Positions 26,600-36,130 of a stretch of 59,194 nucleotides of DNA are shown here, in pieces. Location of the stretch: positions 1-59,194 of the forward strand of contig CAZVMV010000007.1 of the NCBI GenBank assembly GCA_964628855.1, written 5' to 3'. Position 1 is the first letter of the stretch; each line of letters starts with the position of its first letter. This DNA is from an uncultured Gammaproteobacteria bacterium (GTDB lineage: Bacteria; Patescibacteriota; Patescibacteriia; UBA10025; JAHIVO01). The position numbers and the translations under genes are program-made. A model generated the notes under the pieces. It was not told the DNA's origin. It saw only the letters and a list, made by a program, of their open reading frames with translations, and searched no databases.

Positions 26600-26995
26600 A
26601 TGGCTGAAGGACGGATTATCCTGGCGCCCATCAAATACATTGCCATTGAAGTAATATGGGATGTCATCTATTTCCCGATCTGGTGGTACACCAAGGGTCT
26701 TATTCGTGTGGCTAAATACTGCACGACTAGCGCTTCGATCCATATCAACCGCCGGTTAGCGCTCGGCGTGTGGTTACGCAGCATGTTCAAGCCGATGTAC
26801 GGGGATTATACCAAAGAAGGCCGGATCATCAGTTTTTTCATGCGCATTGTTGTCTTATTCTATAAACTGGTGCTGACCGTGGTTTGGCTGGCTGTGTTGT
26901 GCCTGGTATTCGTTTTATGGGTCGTCCTGCCAATCGTGGTTATCTATTACATACTCTACCAAGTTTTCGGAGTATCTTTTATTTTATTTAAATAG
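26600..26995 (+). CDS. Small membrane protein coupled to the Clp ATPase
   Basis: DVIYFPIWWYTKG, MFKPMYGDY..GRIISFFMR, C-terminal TM hairpin; 5 nt upstream of the Clp gene. Confidence 0.8.
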   Translation: MAEGRIILAPIKYIAIEVIWDVIYFPIWWYTKGLIRVAKYCTTSASIHINRRLALGVWLRSMFKPMYGDYTKEGRIISFFMRIVVLFYKLVLTVVWLAVLCLVFVLWVVLPIVVIYYILYQVFGVSFILFK

Positions 26996-27000
26996 ATTCA

Positions 27001-29763
27001 ATGGCAAAGCCAGCCGGAAAAAATTTCGATTATTTAATCTGTCCGATTTGCCAAGGAACAGGGCAGGATTCGGGTAGTACCTGTAAACGCTGCAATGGCC
27101 GTGGGTCGTATGCCTGGCTGGAAGGGACGATATTGTATTGGGGTAGGACAGTGGACAGTTTGCATCTGTTTGAAGAAGAGATGGAACGGGCTGTCAAAGG
27201 GATCCTGAACGGATTTTTAATATTTTTTGGAATCGTCGGCATTGTGGCCTTAATCATGGCTTTGATGAACTTCAAGGATACAGAACATATCTGGAATATT
27301 TTCAAGGAGCAGAACAGGTTGATGGCCATTTTTTCCATTACATTATTGACAGACCTGTATACCTATTACCGTCTGCAAAGAGAGTCTTTTATTGACAAGG
27401 CAGTAAAATCAAAACCTTTCGATACGCTATTAACCGAAGAAGAGTCGTCTGTCTTGTTTGAAAAAGCTGCGGCAACAAACAAAAAACTGCAAGTTGAGGC
27501 GTCAATCACGTATTCCGTCCCGGCACACCGTTCTGTGGGACAAGCATGGCAGCTGGCCAAGCGTTTGGGTCACGCGAGTACTGAGCCGATCCATTTGTTG
27601 GCGACTCTGATCTCCTATCCACAAACTGGGGAAGTTTTGGCCAGACTTGGCGTTGACGGGAAATTGCTGGTAGAAAAGATAACGCGTAATGCCGCAAAAT
27701 TTCCCAGGGTACAAAAAGCATCTGCTGTAATTTCTCCTTCATTACGCGGCGTGCTTTTGGCAGCGTACGCCGAGGCCTATAATGGTCGCCAAGAGCATGT
27801 CGAGGTACAACACGTACTGGTTTCCATCATAAAAAATAATGAGATGTGCCGCGACATTTTTTATGACATGGAGATCGAGCAGGACCAGATCGTCAATGCT
27901 GTCGAGTGGCTGAATATCCAATCGCGCTTGTCGGAGGGTTACCGCCATTGGCGAAGTAAGGCTGCATATAAATCAAAAGGAGTGATGAACCGTGCCATGA
28001 CTTCTCAGGCAACACCGCTATTGGACCGGTTCAGTCACGATCTGACCAGTCTGGCGCGGCAGGGAGGTTTGGCGCCATGCATCGGACGCGACCGTGAAAT
28101 AGAGTCGGTGCTACGTATTATGGAAGGCGGCAAGAATGTCATTTTGTCCGGTTTTCCGGGTGTGGGTAAAACAAGCATCATTGAAGGTATTGCCGCACTC
28201 ATGGCAGCTGAAGACGTACCGGAAGTCCTGCGGGATCACCGGTTGATCAGCCTGTCGGTGGCGTCATTGGTTGGTGCTGCCGGACGGCAGGGTGAACTGG
28301 AGGGTCTGATCATGCAGTTGATAAATGAAATTGTCAGATCTGGCAACATCGTACTCTATATTGATAATATCCAGAATATGGTCGGCGTTTCGACCGAAGG
28401 TGCACAAAATTTGGATATTGCCGATATCATGGCCAACGCGCTTTCTAAGGGCTTGTTTTATGCCATCGCCACCACCACCCCGCTTGATTACCGGCGGTAT
28501 ATAGAGCCGAGCGGATCCTTGAATTCAGTATTCCAGAAAATCGAAGTAGCTGAACCTGACGTGAACGGGTCTATCTTGATCCTGGAGGGCAAGTCCGGTT
28601 CCGTCGAGGTGAAAAATCAAATATTTTTTTCGTATGCAGCCATTGAGCGGATCGTAAAATTGGCTGACAGATTTATCCATGACCGGTTCCAGCCGGAAAA
28701 ATCCATCGCCATCCTGGATGAAGTGGCTGTTTACGTGCGCAGGAAGAAAGGGAAGGGCAGCATGGTCACCGGAGAAGACGTGGCAGAGATTGTCTCCACC
28801 AAGACAAACGTGCCGGTCACGAAATTGACCGAGAAAGAGACGGAGAAGCTCTTGAATCTGGAAGACAAGATACATGAGAGGATGGTGAATCAAGAAGAGG
28901 CGGTGAAGGCTGTATCAACGGCATTACGCCGCGCACGCGCGGAATTGCGGGATATCCGCCGGCCAATTGTCAACCTGCTTTTCCTGGGACCGACCGGTGT
29001 CGGTAAAACCGAGCTGGCCAAAACCGTGGCGGAAGTTTATTTCGGCTCAGAAAAAAACATGATCCGTCTCGACATGTCGGAATATCAGGAACAGTCTTCA
29101 TTAGCCAGAATGATCGGCGCACCGCCGGGTTACAGCGGTTCGTCAGAGGGCGGTTATCTGACAGAAGCGGTCAGGCGCCAGCCGTTTTCACTGATATTGC
29201 TCGATGAAATCGAAAAAGCCCATCCCGACATCCTGAATATTTTCCTGCAGGTCATGGACGATGGCCGTCTGACAGATACGTTGGGCAGGACAATAGATTT
29301 TACGAACGTAATTTTGATCGCTACCTCCAATGCCGGGACAGCACTTATCCAGAAAAGGATGCAGGAAAACGCTACCCTGGCTGCCATAAAGGATGAGTTG
29401 ATGAATGAGGAGCTGAAACCATATTTTCGGCCGGAGTTTCTCAATCGTTTTGATAACATTATCGTCTTCAAACCTTTGTCATTTGAACATATCGTCCAAA
29501 TCGTCGGATTGATGCTGAAGCAGGTCAATCAGAGATTGGGCGCAAAAGGCATCCGACTGGAAGCGACTGACGAAGCCAAACAGGAGCTTGCTCAACAGGG
29601 ATTTGACCCGATCTTCGGTGCCCGTCCTCTTCGCCGTGCCATTCAGGATACAGTGGATAACGCCCTGGCTAATTATTTGCTCGAAGGCAAACTCGGCCGC
29701 CGTGACGTGGCCGTATTGGAAGCTGGCGGGAGAATTTCCGTCCGGCCAGCGCCGCCCCTGTAA
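27001..29763 (+). CDS. Atypical Clp/Hsp100 AAA+ ATPase with N-terminal CxxCxGxG Zn finger and two TMs
   Basis: CPICQGTG and CKRCNGRG, two hydrophobic helices, Clp-N repeats, NBD1 GFPGVGKT / LYIDNIQ, NBD2 GPTGVGKT / LLDEIEKAHP, RPEFLNRFD, GARPLRR. Confidence 0.92.
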   Translation: MAKPAGKNFDYLICPICQGTGQDSGSTCKRCNGRGSYAWLEGTILYWGRTVDSLHLFEEEMERAVKGILNGFLIFFGIVGIVALIMALMNFKDTEHIWNIFKEQNRLMAIFSITLLTDLYTYYRLQRESFIDKAVKSKPFDTLLTEEESSVLFEKAAATNKKLQVEASITYSVPAHRSVGQAWQLAKRLGHASTEPIHLLATLISYPQTGEVLARLGVDGKLLVEKITRNAAKFPRVQKASAVISPSLRGVLLAAYAEAYNGRQEHVEVQHVLVSIIKNNEMCRDIFYDMEIEQDQIVNAVEWLNIQSRLSEGYRHWRSKAAYKSKGVMNRAMTSQATPLLDRFSHDLTSLARQGGLAPCIGRDREIESVLRIMEGGKNVILSGFPGVGKTSIIEGIAALMAAEDVPEVLRDHRLISLSVASLVGAAGRQGELEGLIMQLINEIVRSGNIVLYIDNIQNMVGVSTEGAQNLDIADIMANALSKGLFYAIATTTPLDYRRYIEPSGSLNSVFQKIEVAEPDVNGSILILEGKSGSVEVKNQIFFSYAAIERIVKLADRFIHDRFQPEKSIAILDEVAVYVRRKKGKGSMVTGEDVAEIVSTKTNVPVTKLTEKETEKLLNLEDKIHERMVNQEEAVKAVSTALRRARAELRDIRRPIVNLLFLGPTGVGKTELAKTVAEVYFGSEKNMIRLDMSEYQEQSSLARMIGAPPGYSGSSEGGYLTEAVRRQPFSLILLDEIEKAHPDILNIFLQVMDDGRLTDTLGRTIDFTNVILIATSNAGTALIQKRMQENATLAAIKDELMNEELKPYFRPEFLNRFDNIIVFKPLSFEHIVQIVGLMLKQVNQRLGAKGIRLEATDEAKQELAQQGFDPIFGARPLRRAIQDTVDNALANYLLEGKLGRRDVAVLEAGGRISVRPAPPL

Positions 29764-29765
29764 AC

Positions 29766-29802
29766 AAAAAAATCCGCTCTGGTGATAAGAGCGTCTTTTT
29801 TT
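29766..29802. terminator. Bidirectional terminator between the Clp gene and the pilin gene
   Basis: A-run, CGCTCT-GGTGATA-AGAGCG, T-run. Confidence 0.75.
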
Positions 29803-29813
29803 ATTTGGAGAAA

Positions 29814-30215
29814 TTAGGTCGTGACGTTGTTAACCCGCGCTACCACGAATGTCACTAATGCCCAGGACAGCATGATAATGACCATGCCGATAATGGCCGA
29901 AGTCAGGATTGTTTTGGCTTTTTTTACCCGCTCTTCATTTCCTGCGGCCGTCATCCACATGAAGCCCCCGAGCATAATCATGACCAAAGCAACCAGACTC
30001 ATGAAACCAAGGACCCACTGGATTGTTCGGATGGTGATGTCGACTGGACTCTTGTCGGGCAGCTTGAGCTCGTTTTTGATCGTGCCTTGGGGGTCAAATT
30101 GGATGCTTTCGACAGCAAAGGCAGAGTGCCCAAGCATAACCAGTACTGGCAGTATTGCCGCCACGATGATTGCCATGGAAAAGATTTTTTTATTCTTCAA
30201 GCCGGAGTATTTCAT
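29814..30215 (-). CDS. CPR TrbC/VirB2-like pilin
   Basis: Signal ending AFA, two TM helices flanking GGFMWMTAAGNEERVKKAK..I..AIIG. Confidence 0.85.
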   Translation of the reverse strand: MKYSGLKNKKIFSMAIIVAAILPVLVMLGHSAFAVESIQFDPQGTIKNELKLPDKSPVDITIRTIQWVLGFMSLVALVMIMLGGFMWMTAAGNEERVKKAKTILTSAIIGMVIIMLSWALVTFVVARVNNVTT

Positions 30216-30221
30216 GTGCTA

Positions 30222-30292
30222 ATTATAAACTAATGCCATCTCCCATGTCAAAAGCTTTAGTCTTGACTTAGTGGTTGTTTTTGGCATAAGAT
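30222..30292. promoter_or_regulatory. Divergent sigma70 promoters (pilin gene and 30346 operon)
   Basis: Minus: TTGACA(30251-30246)-18-TATAAT(30227-30222), 6 nt before the pilin ATG. Plus: TTGACT(30263-30268)-18-TAAGAT(30287-30292). Confidence 0.7.
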
Positions 30293-30345
30293 GGAGCGAT
30301 TGAACGTTGACAATTGAATACAATTTTATCGAAAGGAGATTCGGC

Positions 30346-31545
30346 ATGAAACGCGAACCATTTGGCGGTGGGCGGAAAAGAACTGTCCGGCTGTCAAAAC
30401 AGAATAAGTTGGTGGAAGCACGCATTGGTTTGGCCGGCAGTCCGGTCGGAGTAATCACCGAGGGTGGATTGGCCGGCATGTTGGTCCACCCTTATTGGGG
30501 GCCTGCCCAGGTTGAAGGCATGGCGTCCAGCCATGGGTACCGTTTGGCGCGCGACCTCTATCTTGCCCTGAGGAAAGTCGGGCACATGCTGTCTACCTAC
30601 AATGAGTCCGGCGTCCTCAATGAGAAAGAAGCGATATATCGTTCGCTGGATGCGGCCTGGGAGCTGCATGATCTGTTGCTCGATGTGCGTGTGGCCACGG
30701 TTGATGCCCTGGAAACGCGGATCCGTTCGACGGCCAGGAAAATTTTTGAAGCAGTGGGAAACCGTCCCAATGACCCGATCAAGAGGGCTATCCATGATGC
30801 CGCCGTTACGCTGAACGAAGTGTATGACGGGCGTAAGCGGGTCAACCCTACAGTGAAACTGACCCAGCTCTTAGCTATCCGGCGGCGGCTTTACCGTCGG
30901 CTGATGGTCGTCCAGGCGATTGAGCCAAACTTGCACCGTTGGCGAGAGTCTTTTCTCGCCATGGTCGATGAGGCGGAACGGTTGTTCGGCGAAGTGACGG
31001 CATTCTTGGCGCCACGCATCGAGATGTTGTCAAAACTCAAACCCGGCAGCCGGCTGTCCATTGCTTCGCGCCGGAGACTGACGGTGCGCCTCGGTCATTA
31101 TGCTGATGAACTGGAACGACTGGACATCAATCCTTTTCGCCGGCCCTGCCGACGGATGGCGAATGAACTGCGCAAAGGCTCGGAGTATTTTTCCGCCGGT
31201 CGTTATCACGCTGCCGCGACTGTTCTGCAGCGGACACTGGAATCGCTCAAGCTGCGCGGCGTGAGGACAGACCTGGAAAAGTTCATCAACTACCTGACGG
31301 TACTGATGTACCATCCGTGTCGTACCCTGTCAAAGCGTGAACGGGGGATAATCATCAATGGTCTAATGAACATCCGCGAAAGACTCGGCCGTGTCGATGA
31401 GTACCGGTTTGTGCATCCGGTATGTCTGCAGGCAAGGGAGAATTTGCGGTTGGCTGCGGCAGTGTTCAAAGTGAATGCAGATAACCCGATTAGCGGGCTG
31501 TGGCATTTCAGAGAAGCGCTGAAAGTAGTGGCCCAACCGTTATAA
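30346..31545 (+). CDS. Hypothetical basic, helix-rich protein (~400 aa)
   Basis: AAGGAG SD before the ATG at 30346; long ORF; no recognised motif. Confidence 0.78.
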   Translation: MKREPFGGGRKRTVRLSKQNKLVEARIGLAGSPVGVITEGGLAGMLVHPYWGPAQVEGMASSHGYRLARDLYLALRKVGHMLSTYNESGVLNEKEAIYRSLDAAWELHDLLLDVRVATVDALETRIRSTARKIFEAVGNRPNDPIKRAIHDAAVTLNEVYDGRKRVNPTVKLTQLLAIRRRLYRRLMVVQAIEPNLHRWRESFLAMVDEAERLFGEVTAFLAPRIEMLSKLKPGSRLSIASRRRLTVRLGHYADELERLDINPFRRPCRRMANELRKGSEYFSAGRYHAAATVLQRTLESLKLRGVRTDLEKFINYLTVLMYHPCRTLSKRERGIIINGLMNIRERLGRVDEYRFVHPVCLQARENLRLAAAVFKVNADNPISGLWHFREALKVVAQPL

Positions 31546-31568
31546 CATCAATTCCAGAGGAGGATTAC

Positions 31569-32792
31569 ATGAAGTATCCGCGTTTGATCAGGCGAATGCT
31601 CCTCTGGTGCCGATTGGTATTTGAGGGGCTGAGCCGGCGCAAAGAAAAAGCGCTTTACGCTTTTTTCCAGCTACCCGTGGTGGCGCCCCTGTTCCGTTAT
31701 ATCACGCCAAATGATCTGTGTTATATGCGCATGTTTGCTGGCGTGATCCTGATTTTCCTGTACTTGCGGGGCTATTATGGCAGCTTGCTGCCGATATTTG
31801 CCGCCGCGGTAGTGCTGGATTTCATCGACGGACCATTAGCCCGTTTTTCCAAACGTGTCACCGAAGAGGGCAAGGTATTGGATGCCAATGCCGATAAGGT
31901 GCTGGTACTTATACCGCTGCTGCTCATTGGCTTTGACCGTCTGAACGGGCAGCTGGTAACCTGGCTGCTGGTAGTCGAACTGTTATTGTTTGTCGTGGCG
32001 AACTACCTCAAACCTATCCTACGCGGGCGGTATGGCATTCCGCTCGTGCCAGGTTCAAATGGTTTTGGGCAGATCAAAATGACGATTGAATCGGTCGCTA
32101 TCGGGATCGTGCTAGTTGATCCGTCCAGTACGGTTGTAGTTTTATGGGGACAGTGGCTGATTTTTTTGAGTATATGTTTCGGCATCCTGAGTTTCCTGCG
32201 CCATCTTTACCGCATGGAGCATGGGAATCGGCTGGATCCCCGCAAACGTCTGATAACCGTCCCTAATCTCATCACTCTGGCATCCCTATTCCTATTCATA
32301 CCGGCCGGGTTTGCCATTGCTAATGAGCAATGGGTAGATGCGGCTGTCTATATTGCCATCGTATTTATATCGGACGGGATCGACGGTCCGATCGCCAGGC
32401 GTTTGCACCAAGAGACATATTTCGGGGCAGCCCTGGACCCGTTCAGGGACTTCCTGGCTCGCAGTTTTCTGACCGGGTGGATGTTGGCCTTGTTGCCGCC
32501 AGTGGCCAAAGCGCTCCTGACCGCAGTGGTAATTGTGGAGATTTTTTCCGCAGTGATGAACGTCCGTACCTCGGTCCAGGTACGGCAATTGTCCGGGGTG
32601 ACTAAAGCAGGGAAGCGCCGCGGATTTGTCCATTACATATCCATCGGCGCATTGTATCTACATGTGGCTGGAGCGTACCACCTGCCATTAGTCGCAATCC
32701 TAGTAATTTTGGCGGCCATGTTGTCAGCTTCGTTGGTCGGACTGATATCGTACGTCAATAACCGCTCGCGTTTACTGGAGGCAAAACGCTAG
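31569..32792 (+). CDS. Tandem double-domain CDP-alcohol phosphatidyltransferase
   Basis: Two complete DxxDGxxAR...GxxxDxxxD motifs (DFIDGPLAR...GKVLDANAD; DGIDGPIAR...GAALDPFRD); GAGGAGG SD. Confidence 0.88.
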   Translation: MKYPRLIRRMLLWCRLVFEGLSRRKEKALYAFFQLPVVAPLFRYITPNDLCYMRMFAGVILIFLYLRGYYGSLLPIFAAAVVLDFIDGPLARFSKRVTEEGKVLDANADKVLVLIPLLLIGFDRLNGQLVTWLLVVELLLFVVANYLKPILRGRYGIPLVPGSNGFGQIKMTIESVAIGIVLVDPSSTVVVLWGQWLIFLSICFGILSFLRHLYRMEHGNRLDPRKRLITVPNLITLASLFLFIPAGFAIANEQWVDAAVYIAIVFISDGIDGPIARRLHQETYFGAALDPFRDFLARSFLTGWMLALLPPVAKALLTAVVIVEIFSAVMNVRTSVQVRQLSGVTKAGKRRGFVHYISIGALYLHVAGAYHLPLVAILVILAAMLSASLVGLISYVNNRSRLLEAKR

Positions 32793-32811
32793 CTAAAAAT
32801 TTTGTTCTTGA

Positions 32812-32843
32812 CCGCTCACTGGTTTCCGGTGAGCGGCTTTTTA
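32812..32843 (+). terminator. Intrinsic terminator
   Basis: CCGCTCACTGG-TTT-CCGGTGAGCGG followed by CTTTTTATTT. Confidence 0.8.
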
Positions 32844-32883
32844 TTTGCGAAAATCGGGGAAAATCGTTATAATTACCAAAACT

Positions 32884-34200
32884 ATGGCTAACCAAACTTC
32901 AATGGAAAAGATCACTTCCTTCGCCAAACGGCGGGGTTTTATTTTCCAATCCGGCGAGAAATACGGCGGACTGCAAGGTTTCTGGGATTTCGGGCCGCTG
33001 GGTGTGGAGTTGAAGAACAACATCAAGAAAGCCTGGTGGAAGCGTTTTGTCCAGCAGCGGGATGACGTAGTCGGTTTGGATTCGGCAATTGTCACCAATC
33101 CTAGGGTGTGGCAGAAAAGCGGCCACGTGCAGGGTTTTTCCGATGCGCTGGTCGAATGCAAGAAATGCCATCATCGGTTCAAGATGGATGACTTGGCCAA
33201 TACGAAAAAATGTCCGGACTGCGGTGGAGAGTTTACCGAGGAGCGGAAATTCAATACCATGTTCAAAACATTTGTCGGTCCGGTGGAAGATTCGTCTTCA
33301 AAAGCGTATTTACGTCCGGAAACGGCACAGAATATTTTCGTGAATTTCGACAATGTCCGCCAGTCCATGCGGCTGCGAGCGCCGTTCGGCATCGCCCAGG
33401 TCGGCAAAGCGTTCCGCAACGAGATCACGCCGGGGAATTTCATTTTCCGTTCGCGCGAGTTCGAGCAGATGGAGCTGGAATATTTCGTGAACCCGAAAGA
33501 AGATTCGAAATGGTTCAAGAAATGGGTGGAAGATTCTTACCAATGGTTTATTGATTTAGGCATCAAGAAAGAAAATCTCCGCAAGTACGAACAAAAAAAA
33601 GAGGAATTGGCCCATTATGCCAAAGAGACGGTGGACCTGGAATACCATTTTGGTTTTGAGAAAGGCTGGGCTGAATTGATGGGCATCGCCAACCGGACGG
33701 ATTTTGATCTGAAAGCGCATGGATTCACATACAAAGACGAAGTTACGAAAGAAGAATTTGTGCCGTATGTGATCGAGCCGTCAGCCGGTGTTGACCGGGC
33801 CGCGTTAGCGTTCTTGCTTGATGCGTATCACGAAATTGAAGGTGGCCGCACGACTACCACTGAAAGCAATAAGGAAGTGGAAGTCGTCTTACGTTTGCAT
33901 AAGGACTTGGCGCCGTATAAAGCCGCCGTCTTGCCATTGTCAAAAAAAGAACAGGTCAGCGGACCGGCATTGGATATTTATCATGATTTACAGAAGCATT
34001 TCATGGTGGATTATGATGACGTCGCATCAATCGGCCGGCGTTACCGACGGCAGGATGAGATCGGCACGCCGTATTGCATCACGTTTGATTTCGACAGCCT
34101 GGAGGACAAGAAAGTAACTGTCCGTGACCGCGACACCATGAAGCAGGACCGGGTGGATATCGGAGCGCTGATAGAATACCTCAAAAGTAAATTGGATTAA
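32884..34200 (+). CDS. glyQS: Glycine--tRNA ligase, alpha2 (eukaryote/archaea-like) type
   Basis: AKRRGFIFQS, YLRPETAQNIF, FRNEITPGNFIFRSREFEQMELEYF, VIEPSAGVDR, IGRRYRRQDEIGTP. Confidence 0.96.
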   Translation: MANQTSMEKITSFAKRRGFIFQSGEKYGGLQGFWDFGPLGVELKNNIKKAWWKRFVQQRDDVVGLDSAIVTNPRVWQKSGHVQGFSDALVECKKCHHRFKMDDLANTKKCPDCGGEFTEERKFNTMFKTFVGPVEDSSSKAYLRPETAQNIFVNFDNVRQSMRLRAPFGIAQVGKAFRNEITPGNFIFRSREFEQMELEYFVNPKEDSKWFKKWVEDSYQWFIDLGIKKENLRKYEQKKEELAHYAKETVDLEYHFGFEKGWAELMGIANRTDFDLKAHGFTYKDEVTKEEFVPYVIEPSAGVDRAALAFLLDAYHEIEGGRTTTTESNKEVEVVLRLHKDLAPYKAAVLPLSKKEQVSGPALDIYHDLQKHFMVDYDDVASIGRRYRRQDEIGTPYCITFDFDSLEDKKVTVRDRDTMKQDRVDIGALIEYLKSKLD

Positions 34201-34203
34201 TTA

Positions 34204-34533
34204 ATGAATTTCCGTAGTAAGTACCCAATAATGTATGGGATTTGGGGAATCGTACCTTCATTTATTGTCGGCGCATTTGTTGCGGGCGTGTTTATAGGTA
34301 TTTCCACCTTATTCACAGCGGACAGCGGTAAGTCATTTAGCTTCATCGAACCTGTAGGCTATTCGCTCGGAGGTTTGGCGTTTATCATAAGCCTGGCAAC
34401 GATTATCCGTTACGGCTACGGGAAGGGGGTAAAAAAAGAACAGGATGCGCAGGTACGTTTTCCGACCAAATTTTTAATCTGGAGTGCCATTGGCATGATT
34501 GCGTTCATCTTAATCTGGCTCATTAATGCATAG
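34204..34533 (+). CDS. Hypothetical 3-TM membrane protein
   Basis: Three hydrophobic segments; 3 nt after glyQS. Confidence 0.65.
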   Translation: MNFRSKYPIMYGIWGIVPSFIVGAFVAGVFIGISTLFTADSGKSFSFIEPVGYSLGGLAFIISLATIIRYGYGKGVKKEQDAQVRFPTKFLIWSAIGMIAFILIWLINA

Positions 34534-34556
34534 AAAAATAATCTAATTATAAATTT

Positions 34557-35480
34557 ATGCGTGAAGGATATCGACCGCATCCTGAGGGGATGGGGCAGGA
34601 AGAAGAAAAAAAGCACGACAAACAGCGGGGCATCGTTGACCGGATAAAATATGCCCTGAAAGTTGGGGCGATTGTCGGTGGCACCATGCTTGGAGCTGGC
34701 GCTATGCGCGGCGGTGAAGCGATGGCCGCTCCCGAAAAGGATAAGGTTGGGGATAAAGAACATAAATGGACTGAAGCGCAGGAAGCTCAGATCAAGCAGA
34801 TGTGGCACCGGACTAACGATAGGGTGATGGAATTGGATTCTGCATATTACCAGGCAAAAGGAGATAATATACCGACGGAAGTGGTTGATTTTTTTCAAAA
34901 GAAAGGAAATGAATATGCCGCAACGGTGGTCGAAGGCAACGGCACGATGGAAGATTTTGAAAAACAACTACAAGGCCTGTACGATGTTTTTTATAAGAAT
35001 TTAATTGGCAAGGATTCTTCGACAACTGAATCTGGCCGTGCCGGATCAACCACCGCTCAAGAGGCGGCCAAAAAGAAACAAGAGGCAGATGATGCGCTGC
35101 TCGCATCCGCAAAGCAACGCGTCGATTCTATACGCGCCGAGCGCATGCCTGCCGCTATTGAGCTGGCAAATAAATTAGCTGCCGAAGAATTGCCAACCGG
35201 GATGAAATTTACAGGGGAATGGATGCGGGCGAATCAAGGAAAAGCATTCCGTAACGGCGAGAAGCTGGTTACGGTGGTTTCCGCCCAGTCTCCTGATATG
35301 CAAACTGCCATCGATAAAACAGAGGGCACTGCTCAGTTTGCATTTGCGAGACTTCTAAATGTTGACCCGAATAATGTCATTGTATCTGAAATGGACAGTG
35401 AATCCGGTGTGTATAAAATTAATGGCATGTTCCATTCCTATAAGGTGTTCGAAACAGACCTCACCAATTACGTAAAGTAA
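34557..35480 (+). CDS. Hypothetical exported or anchored protein
   Basis: Charged N-terminus, then a signal-like segment (ALKVGAIVGGTMLGAGAMRGGEAMA). Confidence 0.75.
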   Translation: MREGYRPHPEGMGQEEEKKHDKQRGIVDRIKYALKVGAIVGGTMLGAGAMRGGEAMAAPEKDKVGDKEHKWTEAQEAQIKQMWHRTNDRVMELDSAYYQAKGDNIPTEVVDFFQKKGNEYAATVVEGNGTMEDFEKQLQGLYDVFYKNLIGKDSSTTESGRAGSTTAQEAAKKKQEADDALLASAKQRVDSIRAERMPAAIELANKLAAEELPTGMKFTGEWMRANQGKAFRNGEKLVTVVSAQSPDMQTAIDKTEGTAQFAFARLLNVDPNNVIVSEMDSESGVYKINGMFHSYKVFETDLTNYVK

Positions 35481-36125
35481 ATGGCGAAGCCGTACCATTA
35501 TTGGCAGAATATTTTTGTTAAGGAGCTGTATAGACTCTGGGATAACAGCCAGAAATTTTTAATGTGTCACGGGCCGGAACACCATATCCGCGTGTGGAAA
35601 ACAGCCGAACCATTCGGGAGGAAAAAAGGAGCAGATATGGAGGTGTTGGCGGCATGCTGTCTCTTGCATGACATTTCTGCGTTTAACAAAACAACTCCGA
35701 AAGGTCATGAGACTTTATCAGCCCGCATTGCAGCTAAAGTTTTAAAGAAACTTCGGTTTCCAAACGAGAAAATTCCTGCAGTGTTGCATGCCATTACCGA
35801 ACATCGCAGTGACAGTAAGGCAAAAAATCATCTGGAAGGGAGGATTTTCAAGGCATTTGATAAAATAGACGCGTTCGGTCCAATCGGTGTGTATAGGATA
35901 CTCTTGCCGTTGTCAGTGCGAGGTTATACGTTGCAAGATATTATCGGTTGGGCATTTGAACACCAGCGATTAAAGAAAAAGTGGAGTTCAGTGACTTTCC
36001 CTGAGTTACGCAAAAAATACCGTTCACGATATCTTTATACAGTCGATTATTTCCAGCGGCTACGCAGTCTTCTGGGCCTGAAAAAAGTAAAAACAGTTTA
36101 TTCGGAAAAAAAAGTATTCGCCTGA
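35481..36125 (+). CDS. HD-domain phosphohydrolase
   Basis: HGPEHHIRV, ACCLLHDI, AITEH, AFDKIDAFGPIG. Confidence 0.88.
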   Translation: MAKPYHYWQNIFVKELYRLWDNSQKFLMCHGPEHHIRVWKTAEPFGRKKGADMEVLAACCLLHDISAFNKTTPKGHETLSARIAAKVLKKLRFPNEKIPAVLHAITEHRSDSKAKNHLEGRIFKAFDKIDAFGPIGVYRILLPLSVRGYTLQDIIGWAFEHQRLKKKWSSVTFPELRKKYRSRYLYTVDYFQRLRSLLGLKKVKTVYSEKKVFA

Positions 36126-36130
36126 TAATT

